Shown: positions 9,755 to 20,266, counted from the first letter of the stretch. The stretch: 64,000 nt of DNA from Candidatus Portnoybacteria bacterium RBG_19FT_COMBO_36_7 (GCA_001819495.1 MHMW01000018.1:3322-67321); one strand, 5' to 3'. Numbers and translations: made by a program. The notes: generated from the letters alone by a model not told the origin.

Positions 9755-9782
9755 ATGACGCGAAAACGCCTTTTTTATTACA
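9755..9782 (-). promoter_or_regulatory. Candidate ECF-type promoter
   Basis: Minus strand TGTAAT-16 nt-CGTCAT, between the ECF sigma gene and the DUF5667-like gene. Confidence 0.35.
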
Positions 9783-9888
9783 GTCAAATAGACAAGAAAA
9801 GAAAACGGCGGAGCCGATATCGGCCCTGCCGCCTTAAATATACGATTTTAGCTTCCCCCTCCACACTAAGCTTGATTTGGGGGCAAAA

Positions 9889-10398
9889 TTAAGCCTCTAA
9901 GGCCTCTCTCAGAGCTTTTATAGCTCTTGATAAGGAAGTCCTGACTGTCCCCTCTGATTTACCTAAAATTTGGGCTATTTCCTCTACCTCAAAGTCGTCT
10001 ACATAATACCAGATAATAATCTCCTGATACTCCTCCCTGATAAGACGGAGATATTCCATTATCCGGTCAATTTTTAAATTTTTATCAGTTTTTTCTTCTA
10101 TGCCCGATTCGGCAATGCCCAAATGTTTTTCGGAAACCTCTTCCAAAGTTATCGGCAAATTAGGATTCTTTCGGAAATAATCGGAAATGAGGTTCCGACA
10201 AATTTGGTAAGTCATTGCCGAAAGATTTCCGATAAAATTTCCTTCTTTCAGGTACTGCCAACCTTTTAAGAACGCTTCGGAGGCAAGATCCTGGGCCACT
10301 TCCTGCGAACCAACCCTAAAATAAACATAGCGATATATCTTCGTTATGTTTTCGTCATAAAACTTAAGAAAATTCTGTTCATTTTCGACTAAACTCAT
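9889..10398 (-). CDS. ECF-subfamily RNA polymerase sigma factor
   Basis: AQDLASEAFLKGW (region 2) and EIAQILGKSEGTVRTSLSRA (region 4); 169 aa. Confidence 0.92.
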   Translation of the reverse strand: MSLVENEQNFLKFYDENITKIYRYVYFRVGSQEVAQDLASEAFLKGWQYLKEGNFIGNLSAMTYQICRNLISDYFRKNPNLPITLEEVSEKHLGIAESGIEEKTDKNLKIDRIMEYLRLIREEYQEIIIWYYVDDFEVEEIAQILGKSEGTVRTSLSRAIKALREALEA

Positions 10399-10407
10399 TA
10401 TTATGGG

Positions 10408-11268
10408 CTACTTGCAGTTTTTGGAGATAAACGCCTTAAGGTCATCTTTCAAATCTTGACGGTCAAGAGCATATTTTAGGGTCGCTTTTAAATAATTCAG
10501 CGGATCGCCGGTGGTCAGCCACTCTCCGTCTTCCACTTTTTTAGCATAAAATATATTCCCGCGCTTAACATATGTTTTTATTGCGTCCACGATCCAGAGC
10601 TCATTTCCTTTTCCCAGCGGAGTATCTCTTAAGATATCAATTATTTCCTGGTTCAGGATCATCCGGCCAAAATCGGCATAGCGCGATGGCGCTTCTTTAA
10701 TGCTCGGTTTTTCAATTATATCTTCAATTTCCATAGTTCCCTTTTTAAGCTTTACAATTCCATACCTGACGACATCTTCTTTTGGCACCTCCTGGACGCC
10801 TATTATAGGACAACCATGCTTCTCATAGTCTTTGACCATCTGCTTGGTAAAAGAAACTTTTGACTTGACCAGATCGTCGCCCCAGACAAAAACGAAAGGT
10901 TCGTCATCAACCAGATTGGCGGCGCACAAAACCGGAGTACCGTTGCCGTAAGGACCTTTTTGTCTTATATACACGAAATTGGCCATTTCCGAGATTCTTT
11001 TTACCTGTTGCCAAAGCTTGTCTTTCCCGGCTTTTTTCAGCTCATTGGCCAAGGCCCAGTTGTGATCAAAATGATCCTCAAGGGGCTTTTTATCCCATTT
11101 GGTCACCAAAATTATATCCTCAATCCCGCCCTCAACCAATTCTTCAACAACCAGCTGAATAATCGGCTTGTCCACAATCGGCAGCATCTCTTTAGGCATT
11201 GATTTGGTCGCCGGCAAAAGGCGGGTGCCCGAACCGGCTACCGCCACTACTGCTTTTTTAATTTTCAT
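10408..11268 (-). CDS. galU: UTP--glucose-1-phosphate uridylyltransferase
   Basis: AVVAVAGSGTRLLPATKSMPKEMLPIVDKP signature. Confidence 0.93.
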   Translation of the reverse strand: MKIKKAVVAVAGSGTRLLPATKSMPKEMLPIVDKPIIQLVVEELVEGGIEDIILVTKWDKKPLEDHFDHNWALANELKKAGKDKLWQQVKRISEMANFVYIRQKGPYGNGTPVLCAANLVDDEPFVFVWGDDLVKSKVSFTKQMVKDYEKHGCPIIGVQEVPKEDVVRYGIVKLKKGTMEIEDIIEKPSIKEAPSRYADFGRMILNQEIIDILRDTPLGKGNELWIVDAIKTYVKRGNIFYAKKVEDGEWLTTGDPLNYLKATLKYALDRQDLKDDLKAFISKNCK

Positions 11269-11311
11269 AACTTTTTTTTAATTTCTATTCTAGCTACTGA
11301 AAAATCAATGG

Positions 11312-11935
11312 TTATGCATTTAATAAATACCTGACGCCTCTCCGTCGGCCCACTCTCCTAATAAAGTTTCTGCCCATCAGCACCGCCAAATCATTCCTGA
11401 CCGTTCTATCGCTAACCTTGCCCAAAATATTACGCAGGTCATTTACGGTGGTTTCTTTATTTTTATTGAAATATTCAACGATCTTTTCCTGGCGCAGTTG
11501 TGCTTCACCGATAATAAATCTGATCTCTTTTTCTTTTTCCTCTTTGGGCAAAGATAAGCTTATTTCCGGCGGGGGATTCATGACTGTTTTTTCTCCCCTC
11601 TCGCGGCTTTTTATTGCCCGGCCGGCCAGATCATAGAGAAGCAAAGAATAAGCGGCTATAAGTAAATCAAAGTTTAGCGGCACCAGCCACTTCTGATTTT
11701 TAGCAATTTCCAGATAAATTTTTACTTCTTCTATTTTTAAAATTGTATCACTAATCTTCCCTGTTGCTAAAAAGACCACTATCTTTGATGAGCCCTGCCG
11801 AAGCTGCGAGATAAGCGCTTCGCCAGCCGGAAATAATTTGGTTATCCGATAAATTGCCAGACAAAGTTCAAAAGCCCTCCCTTTGTAACTGTCTAAATTT
11901 TTGCCGCCGTCCTCCGGAAATTCTTGTTCGGCCAT
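11312..11935 (-). CDS. Four-helix-bundle (IVS/bAvd-like) domain fused to a DeoR-type winged HTH
   Basis: AFELCLAIYRITKLFPAGEALISQLR at the N-terminus; VSDRTVRNDLAVL at the C-terminus. Start set at ATG 11935 because the upstream sequence is a repeat cassette. Confidence 0.65.
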   Translation of the reverse strand: MAEQEFPEDGGKNLDSYKGRAFELCLAIYRITKLFPAGEALISQLRQGSSKIVVFLATGKISDTILKIEEVKIYLEIAKNQKWLVPLNFDLLIAAYSLLLYDLAGRAIKSRERGEKTVMNPPPEISLSLPKEEKEKEIRFIIGEAQLRQEKIVEYFNKNKETTVNDLRNILGKVSDRTVRNDLAVLMGRNFIRRVGRRRGVRYLLNA

Positions 11936-11936
11936 A

Positions 11937-12083
11937 CCCGGTATATCAACTTCCAGTGACAAATGCTTTTTGCAAAAACGCTTGTATCGTGGAAGTCGCA
12001 AGCCCAGAAATTTACTTCCTTATAATTGTTTCTGAATTTGTGCTCTTCTTTTAGAAGAATACACCGGAAGTTGTATTACCGGG
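11937..12083. mobile_element. MITE-like cassette (family B) at a start codon
   Basis: 22-bp imperfect terminal IRs cccggtatatcaacttccagtg / caccggaagttgtattaccggg; flanked by CATA and CATG. Confidence 0.65.
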
Positions 12084-12095
12084 CATGTTTAATTC

Positions 12096-12125
12096 ATTCT
12101 ATTTGCCAGAAAGCCAGTCTGTCAA
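12096..12125 (-). promoter_or_regulatory. Sigma70-like promoter
   Basis: TTGACA-18 nt-TAGAAT, 9 nt before the ATG at 12086. Confidence 0.6.
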
Positions 12126-12483
12126 CATTATAACATTATAAGCCCTCCTTAATAAACTCTAAACAAAATTTAACGGAATAATAAAAGATATAAAAATAAA
12201 AAAAAGCGTCTGAAACAAATAGGGGAGTTCCAATATATTTTTTCGTTTTTGTTTTTTTATAATCTTTAAAACACTTTTCCGATTTTATTTATTGCCGCAA
12301 TTCCCTTTTTTTTCTGATATTATTTTATTGTGCGACATAATATTTACAGGAGAACAAAAGAACTCCCCCTTTAGTTTTTTTGACGTTCTAAATAATTTAT
12401 TTGTCGCCAATATTGTACGACATCTCTTTTCTACAGAAATAAAAAAAGCCGGTTAAGGCATCCGGCATTTATGGCCAAAAAGA

Positions 12484-13239
12484 TTATTTTAATAATTGTT
12501 TTATCTCTGAAGATTTTGTTATTTTTGCCAAGCCTGCGCTGTCGGCCCAGTTCAAGCCGGCTATCTCCCCTTTCAGATTGAATATCGGACAGCCGATAAT
12601 TTCTCTGCCCGAAAAACCGATATCAAAAACAGGAGAAATCTGCCTGACAATATCAAAATCAGCAAATTTATTAAAATCTGGCGATTTTACGCCGATTAAA
12701 AAAAGCTGCTCGCCCAGCCTTGGTTCTTTCTCGGCAAAAGGCAAAACCGGCAGATTGTTTTCGTTTATTTTCAAAACGGCAATTCCGGACGCCTCGTCTG
12801 CTTTTTTAATCTCTGCCTCTATCTGTCTGCTGTTATAGACGACCAGAATTTTTTGAGCCGAATCCGGAATCAAATTTTTGGCCGTAACAATCAAACCGTC
12901 GCTGGAAGCGATAAATCCTGTCCCCTGCGCCAAAATTTCCGGCTTCTCAAGAATAATTTTTTTTCCGGCGGTTATTTTTTCAGTTACCTCCGATATTACC
13001 CCGACAACAACACCGCTGCATTTGTCAATCGCGTCTTCCAACGCTTCATTTTCCGTAATCACCACTCTTTCTGTCCGGTTTATAACGGTCGTGCCTTCGC
13101 CGGCCTGCCTGATCCAGTCAACATTTTTCAAAAATCCGATGCCGGCCAGCCAGGGAAAAAGAAATTGAGAACCCAAAATCCCCCCAACCGCCCCTAAAAC
13201 AAAAATAAGACCGAACTTAATTAATTTATCTTTTATCAT
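12484..13239 (-). CDS. Membrane-anchored trypsin-like (HtrA-type) protease homologue, catalytic motifs degenerate
   Basis: GTGFIASSDGLIVTA and PIFNLKGEIAGL resemble HtrA; TNxH and GNSGG are absent. Confidence 0.7.
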   Translation of the reverse strand: MIKDKLIKFGLIFVLGAVGGILGSQFLFPWLAGIGFLKNVDWIRQAGEGTTVINRTERVVITENEALEDAIDKCSGVVVGVISEVTEKITAGKKIILEKPEILAQGTGFIASSDGLIVTAKNLIPDSAQKILVVYNSRQIEAEIKKADEASGIAVLKINENNLPVLPFAEKEPRLGEQLFLIGVKSPDFNKFADFDIVRQISPVFDIGFSGREIIGCPIFNLKGEIAGLNWADSAGLAKITKSSEIKQLLK

Positions 13240-13254
13240 TGTGTCTCCAATTTT

Positions 13255-15891
13255 TTAAACTTTTGAAACCCTAACTGCTTCCTGTGTCTGAATTACAATT
13301 TCGTTATTTTTCTCGTCAAAGACTATCATGCTGCCTTCTTTTATTTTTCCTTCAATTATCTGCTTGGCTGCCTGGTCCAGAATAAGCTGCTGGATTATCC
13401 TTTTTAAAGGCCGGGCCCCGAAATTCGGATCGTATCCCTTGGCCGCCAATAATCTTTTTGCCTCTTTGGTTACTTTTATTTTTATCTTTTTCTCCGCCAG
13501 TCTTCTTTGCACCTGCTCCAGCTGCAGCTCAACTATCATTGCCAGATCCGCCTGGCTCAGCGCGTCAAAAACGATTATTTCGTCAACCCGGTTCAGAAAT
13601 TCCGGCTTGAACTGCTGACGAAGAGATTCCAGAACTTTGTTTTTCATCTGCTGAGCCTCTTTTTCGGGCCGATCGGCAGTAAAACCAAGAATATATTCTT
13701 TGACTATTTCATTGCCGGCGTTTGAAGTCATAATAACAACCGAGTTCTTGAAATTGACATGGCGGCCCTTAGCGTCGGTCAGCCTGCCGTCATCCAGAAT
13801 CTGCAGCAGAATATTGAAAACTTCGGGATGGGCTTTTTCTATTTCGTCAAACAAAACAACGCTGTAAGGCCGGCGGCGGATCGCTTCGGTCAGTTGGCCT
13901 CCTTCTTCAAAACCAATGTATCCGGGAGGAGAGCCGATCATCCGGGCAACCGTGTGTTTCTCCATATATTCGGACATATCCAACCTGACGAGCGCGTTCT
14001 CGTCATTGAACATAAATTCGGCCAGCGCTTTGGCTAATTCGGTTTTGCCCACACCAGTGGGCCCAAGAAATATAAAAGAGCCGATTGGTTTTTTTTCTTC
14101 GGAAATTCCGGCGCGGGCGCGGCGCACGGCGTTGGCCACCGCTTTAATCGCCTGCTCCTGATCAATGATGCGCTCGTGCAATTCATCTTCCATGCGCGAT
14201 AATTTTTCCATTTCTCCTTCGAGCATTTTTTGCACCGGGATGCCCGTCCAGCGCGAGACAACTTTCGCAATATCCTGCTCGCCTATTTCTTCCTTGAGCA
14301 GGGGGTTGCCGCGCTGAATTTCCACTAATTTTTTCTGCAAAGATTTTATCTCTTTCTCAAAATTGGGAACTTTGCCGTAGCGGATCTCGGCCACCTTCTG
14401 CAATTCTGCTTTCCTTTCTGCAATCTCGGCTTCCTGCTTTAAAAAGTCTATCTGTTTTTTTGATTCCCTGATTTTGGCGATAATATCATGCTCGGCCCGC
14501 CACCGCAGCTCCATGCCGCGGCTTTTTTCTTTAAGCTCGCTTAGGTTTTTTTTAACTTTGCGCAGCTGCTGTTGCGTTTCTTTTGATTTTTCGCGCTTGA
14601 GCGCCTGGCCTTCGATTTCCAGTTTCATGATCTGGCGCTTGGTCTGGTCAAGCTCAACAGGCATGCTGTCAATTTCCATTCGCAAAGCCGAGGCCGCTTC
14701 ATCTATCAGGTCGACTGCTTTATCGGGCAAAAATCTGTCTGAAATATAGCGCGCCGAAAAACTGGCCGCTGCGATAATTGCCGCGTCCGTTATGCGCACA
14801 CCGTGATGAATCTCGTATTTTTCCTTGATGCCGCGCAAAATGGCGACCGTGTCCTCTATAGAAGGCTCGGAAACAAAGACCGGCTGGAATCGCCGGGCCA
14901 GCGCCGGATCTTTCTCAATGTATTTTTGATATTCCTTCAGGGTTGTTGCGCCGATAGCATGCAATTCTCCTCTGGCCAAGGCCGGCTTGAGCAGGTTTGA
15001 AGCATCAATCGCTCCCTCGGCTGCTCCGGCACCAACCAAAGTGTGAAGCTCGTCAATAAAGAGAATGAATTTTCCGGCTGAACGGTCTATCTCTTTCAAA
15101 ACCGCCTTTATTCTGTCTTCAAATTCCCCGCGGAATTTTGTTCCGGCTACCAAGCCTCCAAGATCCAAACCGATAAGCTCCCTGTCTTTTAAGCTTTCGG
15201 GCACGTCGCCGGCGACAATGCGCTGGGCCAAACCCTCAACAATCGCTGTCTTTCCGACTCCTGCCTCTCCGATAAGAACCGGATTGTTCTTTGTCCGGCG
15301 CGATAATACCTGCATAACTCTCCTGATTTCTTCATCCCGGCCAATGACCGGATCGAGTTTTTCTTTGCGGGCAAGATCAGTCAGATTTCTGGTATATTTT
15401 TCCAGAACCTGATATTTGCTCTCCGGCTCAATGTCGGTGACGTGCTGGCCGCCTCTCACATCCTCCATCACATTCAAGATCTTCTGCTTGTCAACGCTGA
15501 AAATCTGCAATATTTCCTTGACCTTTGTTGACGTCTCAAAAACAGCCAGAAGCAAATGCTCGCAGCTGATAAATTCATCCTGCAGGTTCTGCGCTTCTTT
15601 GCTGGCCTGATTGATGAGTTTCCCCAGCTCCGGGCTCAAAAATACCTGGCCAAAAGGAATTTCGCCGACCACTTTTGGCAGCTTGGTCATTTCTTTTTCC
15701 AGTTCCGATTCAAGCAAGGCCAAATTGACGCCCAGTCTCTGCAAAATGGAAACAACGATGCTTTCGGCCTGCCAAACAAGAGCCAAGACCAAATGCAAAA
15801 TGTCTATCTGCTGCTGTCCGCGTTCCGAGGCTAGATTATGCGCGTCTTTTAGCGCTTCCTGAGCTTTGATTGTGAATTTATCGATTTGCAA
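13255..15891 (-). CDS. clpB: ATP-dependent chaperone ClpB
   Basis: Two AAA+ modules ([16 protein letters not shown]) and a long coiled-coil M domain; TTG start is uncertain. Confidence 0.95.
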   Translation of the reverse strand: MQIDKFTIKAQEALKDAHNLASERGQQQIDILHLVLALVWQAESIVVSILQRLGVNLALLESELEKEMTKLPKVVGEIPFGQVFLSPELGKLINQASKEAQNLQDEFISCEHLLLAVFETSTKVKEILQIFSVDKQKILNVMEDVRGGQHVTDIEPESKYQVLEKYTRNLTDLARKEKLDPVIGRDEEIRRVMQVLSRRTKNNPVLIGEAGVGKTAIVEGLAQRIVAGDVPESLKDRELIGLDLGGLVAGTKFRGEFEDRIKAVLKEIDRSAGKFILFIDELHTLVGAGAAEGAIDASNLLKPALARGELHAIGATTLKEYQKYIEKDPALARRFQPVFVSEPSIEDTVAILRGIKEKYEIHHGVRITDAAIIAAASFSARYISDRFLPDKAVDLIDEAASALRMEIDSMPVELDQTKRQIMKLEIEGQALKREKSKETQQQLRKVKKNLSELKEKSRGMELRWRAEHDIIAKIRESKKQIDFLKQEAEIAERKAELQKVAEIRYGKVPNFEKEIKSLQKKLVEIQRGNPLLKEEIGEQDIAKVVSRWTGIPVQKMLEGEMEKLSRMEDELHERIIDQEQAIKAVANAVRRARAGISEEKKPIGSFIFLGPTGVGKTELAKALAEFMFNDENALVRLDMSEYMEKHTVARMIGSPPGYIGFEEGGQLTEAIRRRPYSVVLFDEIEKAHPEVFNILLQILDDGRLTDAKGRHVNFKNSVVIMTSNAGNEIVKEYILGFTADRPEKEAQQMKNKVLESLRQQFKPEFLNRVDEIIVFDALSQADLAMIVELQLEQVQRRLAEKKIKIKVTKEAKRLLAAKGYDPNFGARPLKRIIQQLILDQAAKQIIEGKIKEGSMIVFDEKNNEIVIQTQEAVRVSKV

Positions 15892-15935
15892 GTTCGCTTA
15901 CGCTCAAGTTAAAAATTAAAAGTGACAACTTTGTT

Positions 15936-16007
15936 GTCATCCTGAGGGCGAAGCCCGAAGGATCCTGCTGAATTTCCATAAAGTCCTCCCTTAACGCTCA
16001 GGATGGC
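15936..16007. repeat. REP-like palindromic element embedded in heptamer tracts
   Basis: gtcatcctgagggcgaagcccgaaggatc...cgctcaggatggc; related cores at 4221-4240, 8109-8129, 27879-27899 and 38007-38026. Confidence 0.7.
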
Positions 16008-16072
16008 GCCATGCGCCAGTTTTTAATTTTTAATTGTCGTTTTTATTTTTTATGTCTTACTTTTTAAATTTA

Positions 16073-17293
16073 TCACGATTTCTCTCCCAAAGTCGCCTGT
16101 ATTGTTTTTTCCTGTCCGTTTCGCAAAATTCTTAAAGTTATTTTATCTCCGACATTATGGCTCTGGATAATTTTAGCCAGAGTATTGGTCGTGTTAATCT
16201 TTGAACCGTCCACTTCCAATATTATATCATTTTCCTGCAATCCTGCATCTTGCGCCGGGCTGCCGCTCGTTACAGCCGGTTCGTTTACGCTGTTTCCCCG
16301 CAGGATCAGCGCGCCGTAATCAACTGATAAATTTTTTTCCGCTTTTATTTCTGGCGTAACAATGACATAACGGACTCCCAGGAACGGATAGGAAATTTTC
16401 CCTTCTTTTTGCACCTGCGCAATATCGCGTTTGGCCAGATTTATCGGCAGGGCGAATCCGATGCTCTGGGCGCCCTGCGCCACTGCCACATTTATTCCGA
16501 TGACTTCGCCTGACAAATTGAGCAAGGGCCCGCCCGAATTGCCTGAATTGATAGCAGCGTCGGTCTGAATGACGTCTTCCAGCTGTTCGGTTTGCGAACC
16601 AAAAATATCATTGGACACTGTAACAGAGCGGCTCAGCCCGGAGATAACGCCCACGCTAACGGTATTCCTGAATTCGCCCAAAGCATTGCCTATAGCAATC
16701 GCGGTCTGGCCGATATTCATTTCATCTGAATCACCTAATTTGACGACCGGCAAATTATTTTTATCTATTTTCAAAATAGCGATATCCTGCACCGGGTCTT
16801 TGGCAATAACCTCGGCCGGATATTTCTGTCCGTCGTTAGTCAGAACAGTAAAGCTTGCGCCTTCAGCCTCAACTACATGCTTATTGGTCAGAATCATACC
16901 ATCAGAAGATATGATAAAGCCGCTGCCGCCGCCAATCTCCTGCTCTTGACTGTCCTGTTGATTGGGATAATTTAATCCGGGAAAAAGATTTCCGAAAAAA
17001 TCATTAAGAGGATTACCGAATTGCCCGGCAGCAGATAAATTAGCAGTGGCGATAATAGAAACTACCGAAGGCGAAACAACTTTGACCACCGCCTCTACTG
17101 CTTCTTCCTGCGTTGTTACGATTTGCGTATTATTATCTGAATTATCTGGCTGCGCTAAAAGATTTGAAAGACCAGGCGTTTCTCCGGAAAGCAGGCTGAA
17201 AGACAAGAAACCGCCGCCAAAACCGGCTAAGGCAGAGATTATCACTACAATGATAATCATCCTTGTTAATTGATTTTTTTGTTCACCATTCAT
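16073..17293 (-). CDS. htrA: HtrA/DegP serine protease with PDZ domain
   Basis: TNKHV, DIA, QTDAAINSGNSGGPL; C-terminal PDZ; N-terminal TM. Confidence 0.93.
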   Translation of the reverse strand: MNGEQKNQLTRMIIIVVIISALAGFGGGFLSFSLLSGETPGLSNLLAQPDNSDNNTQIVTTQEEAVEAVVKVVSPSVVSIIATANLSAAGQFGNPLNDFFGNLFPGLNYPNQQDSQEQEIGGGSGFIISSDGMILTNKHVVEAEGASFTVLTNDGQKYPAEVIAKDPVQDIAILKIDKNNLPVVKLGDSDEMNIGQTAIAIGNALGEFRNTVSVGVISGLSRSVTVSNDIFGSQTEQLEDVIQTDAAINSGNSGGPLLNLSGEVIGINVAVAQGAQSIGFALPINLAKRDIAQVQKEGKISYPFLGVRYVIVTPEIKAEKNLSVDYGALILRGNSVNEPAVTSGSPAQDAGLQENDIILEVDGSKINTTNTLAKIIQSHNVGDKITLRILRNGQEKTIQATLGEKS

Positions 17294-17299
17294 AATTCT

Positions 17300-17707
17300 T
17301 CATTTTTCATTTTTACTTTTTAATTTATTCCTATAGTCTTCTATCGCTTTATGCAAGGCCTGCGCCGCCATGTTTGAACAATGCATCTTAATCGGAGGCA
17401 ATCCGCCCAGTTCCTTAGCCACTGTTTCTCGGTTTAATTCTAAGGCTTCTCTTAAAGTTTTCCCTTTGGCCAATTCTGTAATCATTGAAGAAGTGGCAAT
17501 AGCCGCCGCACAGCCAAAACTTTCAAATTTTATATCATTAATTGTTTCTACGGTTTTTCCTTTTTCATTTTTACTTTTTACTTTTATGTAGAGCGTCATC
17601 CGGTCGCCGCAGACTATATTGCCGATTTTTCCGACTCCATCGGCATCTTTTATAGATCCCATGTTCTTGGGATGCAAAAATTGTTCAAGGACTTTTTTAG
17701 AATACAT
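17300..17707 (-). CDS. iscU: Fe-S cluster scaffold, IscU/NifU N-terminal family
   Basis: CGD, FGCAAAIA and LPPIKMHCS motifs. Confidence 0.9.
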   Translation of the reverse strand: MYSKKVLEQFLHPKNMGSIKDADGVGKIGNIVCGDRMTLYIKVKSKNEKGKTVETINDIKFESFGCAAAIATSSMITELAKGKTLREALELNRETVAKELGGLPPIKMHCSNMAAQALHKAIEDYRNKLKSKNEK

Positions 17708-17708
17708 A

Positions 17709-17849
17709 CCAGGTTAGTAGAAATTCGACTTTAAATTTAACATTGCCTGCTAAAGGTAAAATCTTCAATTATACAATGTGCCAAATCGTGAGTTTCTTTT
17801 TGGTTCATTCCGTTAAACGGAATGAACCTGTCTAATTTTCACTACCTGG
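17709..17849. mobile_element. MITE-like cassette (family A, enlarged) at the iscU start codon
   Basis: ccaggttagtagaaattcgac...aattttcactacctgg flanked by CATA on both sides; internal hairpin ggttcattccgttaaacggaatgaacc. Confidence 0.75.
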
Positions 17850-17896
17850 CATATATATTTAACTTAGAAAGAATGAGAAATTAATGAAATTGATTT

Positions 17897-19138
17897 CTAA
17901 CAGCCGAAGTCATCCGGCAATTTCTTTTTGGCTTCTTGGCCCGAGCCGCTTATTTTTCTTAATTTTTCCACGACTTTTGGCAAAACTTCCAAAAATCTAT
18001 CAATTTCCTCATCGCTCGTATATTTTCCCAAGGTAACCCTGATGCTGGTATGCGATTCTTCCAGTTTAAGATCCAAAGCCATTAAAACGTGGGATGGCTG
18101 GAGGTTTTCCGAGGCGCAGGCCGAGCCGGTTGAAACGGCAATTCCCTCCATGTCCAGCGCCATCATAATTGATTCGCCTTCTGCCCCGGGAAAACTAAAA
18201 TTGCAGTTATTTTGCAGGCGTTTTTCCGGCGAGCCGTTCAATTTTGAATTCGGGACATTTTCCAAAACTCCGCTGATTAGTTTATCCCTTAATTTTTTGA
18301 CTCTATCGGCCGTCTCTTTATTTACCATTGAAATCGCTTTTCCCAAGCCGACTATCCCTGCAATATTATAAGTTCCAGCCCGCAAATCGTATTCGTGAGC
18401 TCCTCCGTCCTGAATTTTTTTGACAGGAGTGCCTTTTTTGATATATAGTGCGCCAACCCCCTTGGGTCCGTAAAACTTATGAGCTGACATAGAAAGCAAA
18501 TCAATCCCCAGATCATCAACCTTACAGTTCAAATAATTTATCGCTTGGACCGCGTCGGTGTGAAAATATATCTTCTGCTCGCGCGACTGATTAAGCTTTT
18601 TTATCAATTTTCCGATTTCCTCAATTGGCTGGACTGTCCCGATTTCGTTATTAGCATACATTATAGAAACTAAAACCGTATTCTCTTTTATGACCTTCTC
18701 TAAGCTTGAAACTTCAACTAAGCCTTCTTTGTTGACCGACAAAAACGTAACTTCCGCCAAACCTGATTCTTGCAGGCTCTTGCATGTATCTAATACGCAG
18801 TGGTGCTCAATTTGTGACGTAATTATATGCGGCAAATTTTGACCTTTGACATTTGATTTTTGAATTTTTGTTTTATATACCAATCCTTTTATCGCCAGAT
18901 TATTGCTTTCTGTCGCTCCGCTATTAAAAATAACCTCTTCATTACGGCAGCCCAAAAAATCTGCCACCTGAGCCCTGGCTTTATCAAGGGCTTGCCGAGC
19001 TTTCTGGCCAAACTGATGGGCGCTCGAAGCATTGCCAAAATCTTCGCCAAAATACGGCTTCATCGCCTCAAAAACCTCCTGGTCAAGGGGGGTTGTGGCA
19101 GCGTAATCTAAGTATATTTTTGATTTATTTTCAGTCAT
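17897..19138 (-). CDS. iscS: Cysteine desulfurase
   Basis: YLDYAATTP, HTDAVQA, SAHKFYGPKG and STGSAC motifs. Confidence 0.94.
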   Translation of the reverse strand: MTENKSKIYLDYAATTPLDQEVFEAMKPYFGEDFGNASSAHQFGQKARQALDKARAQVADFLGCRNEEVIFNSGATESNNLAIKGLVYKTKIQKSNVKGQNLPHIITSQIEHHCVLDTCKSLQESGLAEVTFLSVNKEGLVEVSSLEKVIKENTVLVSIMYANNEIGTVQPIEEIGKLIKKLNQSREQKIYFHTDAVQAINYLNCKVDDLGIDLLSMSAHKFYGPKGVGALYIKKGTPVKKIQDGGAHEYDLRAGTYNIAGIVGLGKAISMVNKETADRVKKLRDKLISGVLENVPNSKLNGSPEKRLQNNCNFSFPGAEGESIMMALDMEGIAVSTGSACASENLQPSHVLMALDLKLEESHTSIRVTLGKYTSDEEIDRFLEVLPKVVEKLRKISGSGQEAKKKLPDDFGC

Positions 19139-19188
19139 ATACCTTGCAATTTTAACTCAAAATTTTATTAAAGTCAAACTTAAAAATA

Positions 19189-19218
19189 AGCCCTGTTTTC
19201 AATTTGAAAACAGGGCTG
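19189..19218 (-). terminator. Intrinsic terminator
   Basis: agccctgttttcaa-t-ttgaaaacagggct hairpin after the 96-aa gene. Confidence 0.6.
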
Positions 19219-19234
19219 CATGCCAGAAAAAAAT

Positions 19235-19525
19235 TTAAGCTCTTGCCTTGGGCCTAACCCTGTAAATAAGGGCTTCACCTTTTCTTCCGTTGTCATCTGT
19301 GCATTTAGGACACCAAGGCATGGCAATGGCCGTGCCAAATGTTACTTCCTGGCCAGTAAATTTAGCCAGTTCTTCTTCTTTTTTTTCGCTTAGGTCAAAC
19401 TTGGCGTGGCATTTTATGCATGTCGCTATGATTTTTGTAGGATTACCACAATTGCTGCAAACTCCCTTTTTCCCGTTTTCTGAACCAACTCCACAAATTA
19501 TACATTTATTTCCATCAGCGCCCAT
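19235..19525 (-). CDS. Cys-rich (4x CxxC) putative zinc-ribbon protein
   Basis: CIIC, CSNC, CIKC, CPKC; strong SD (GAGGAGG). Confidence 0.65.
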   Translation of the reverse strand: MGADGNKCIICGVGSENGKKGVCSNCGNPTKIIATCIKCHAKFDLSEKKEEELAKFTGQEVTFGTAIAMPWCPKCTDDNGRKGEALIYRVRPKARA

Positions 19526-19576
19526 AAAAGCATCCTCCTCTCAATTTTTTTCTAAAGAACTTCCCGCATTTTTATC

Positions 19577-20194
19577 CTAAATTTTTGGCTCCCAATATTT
19601 TTTTTCTTTTATTTTATTATTTAAAATTTCAAAGCTTATTTTCCCGTAATTCTCGACAATATCGCAATATTTTTTTGAATCATAGTCATCATCAGAAGGA
19701 TCTGGCACATCTTCTTCAACCAAAAAATCAGCTTTTTTTATTTTTTCCGGATGCCTGGTTACGTCACCTGTAACTATATATTCTTTTCCGTCGTCCGCTA
19801 TAAAAGACAAGAAAAAATCAATTCCATGATGAAAGTCTGCCGGACTTTTTTCCCTGCCTGCGCATGTAAAAAATCTCAATCTTTCTAATTCCTCATCTGT
19901 TTTCAGCCCCAGAAAATCGCCAACAGATATCCTTATATCTCTGGCAAATTCCTTTTTAGGATGTGCCGGGTCTTTATCCGGCTGAAACTTTCTGGCCAGC
20001 TCAATCGCATATTCAACCGGCATATTATTATCTCCTTTAAATTTATGGCCGGATTTTCGTGCTAAATCCTGATATCTCTTTAATTCTGACTGATAATCAG
20101 GATGTTCTGTGTCAACTTTCCCTATCAGATCATATTCATAAAATTCAGCCGGATATGATTTATCAAATTTATCAAATTTTTCCCCAAATTTCAT
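19577..20194 (-). CDS. Hypothetical protein
   Basis: 205-aa AT-rich ORF with DFHHGIDFF...DVT motif. Confidence 0.65.
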   Translation of the reverse strand: MKFGEKFDKFDKSYPAEFYEYDLIGKVDTEHPDYQSELKRYQDLARKSGHKFKGDNNMPVEYAIELARKFQPDKDPAHPKKEFARDIRISVGDFLGLKTDEELERLRFFTCAGREKSPADFHHGIDFFLSFIADDGKEYIVTGDVTRHPEKIKKADFLVEEDVPDPSDDDYDSKKYCDIVENYGKISFEILNNKIKEKKYWEPKI

Positions 20195-20266
20195 AAAAGT
20201 AAACTAATCTATTGAATTTATATATTTAAGCATAAAACATATAATAAGTCAATTTCTGGAGCGTTC

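Noticed and set aside
11312-11935. Diversity-generating retroelement suggested by the Avd-like domain
   Set aside because: No reverse transcriptase and no TR/VR pair with adenine-specific mismatches seen in the window.
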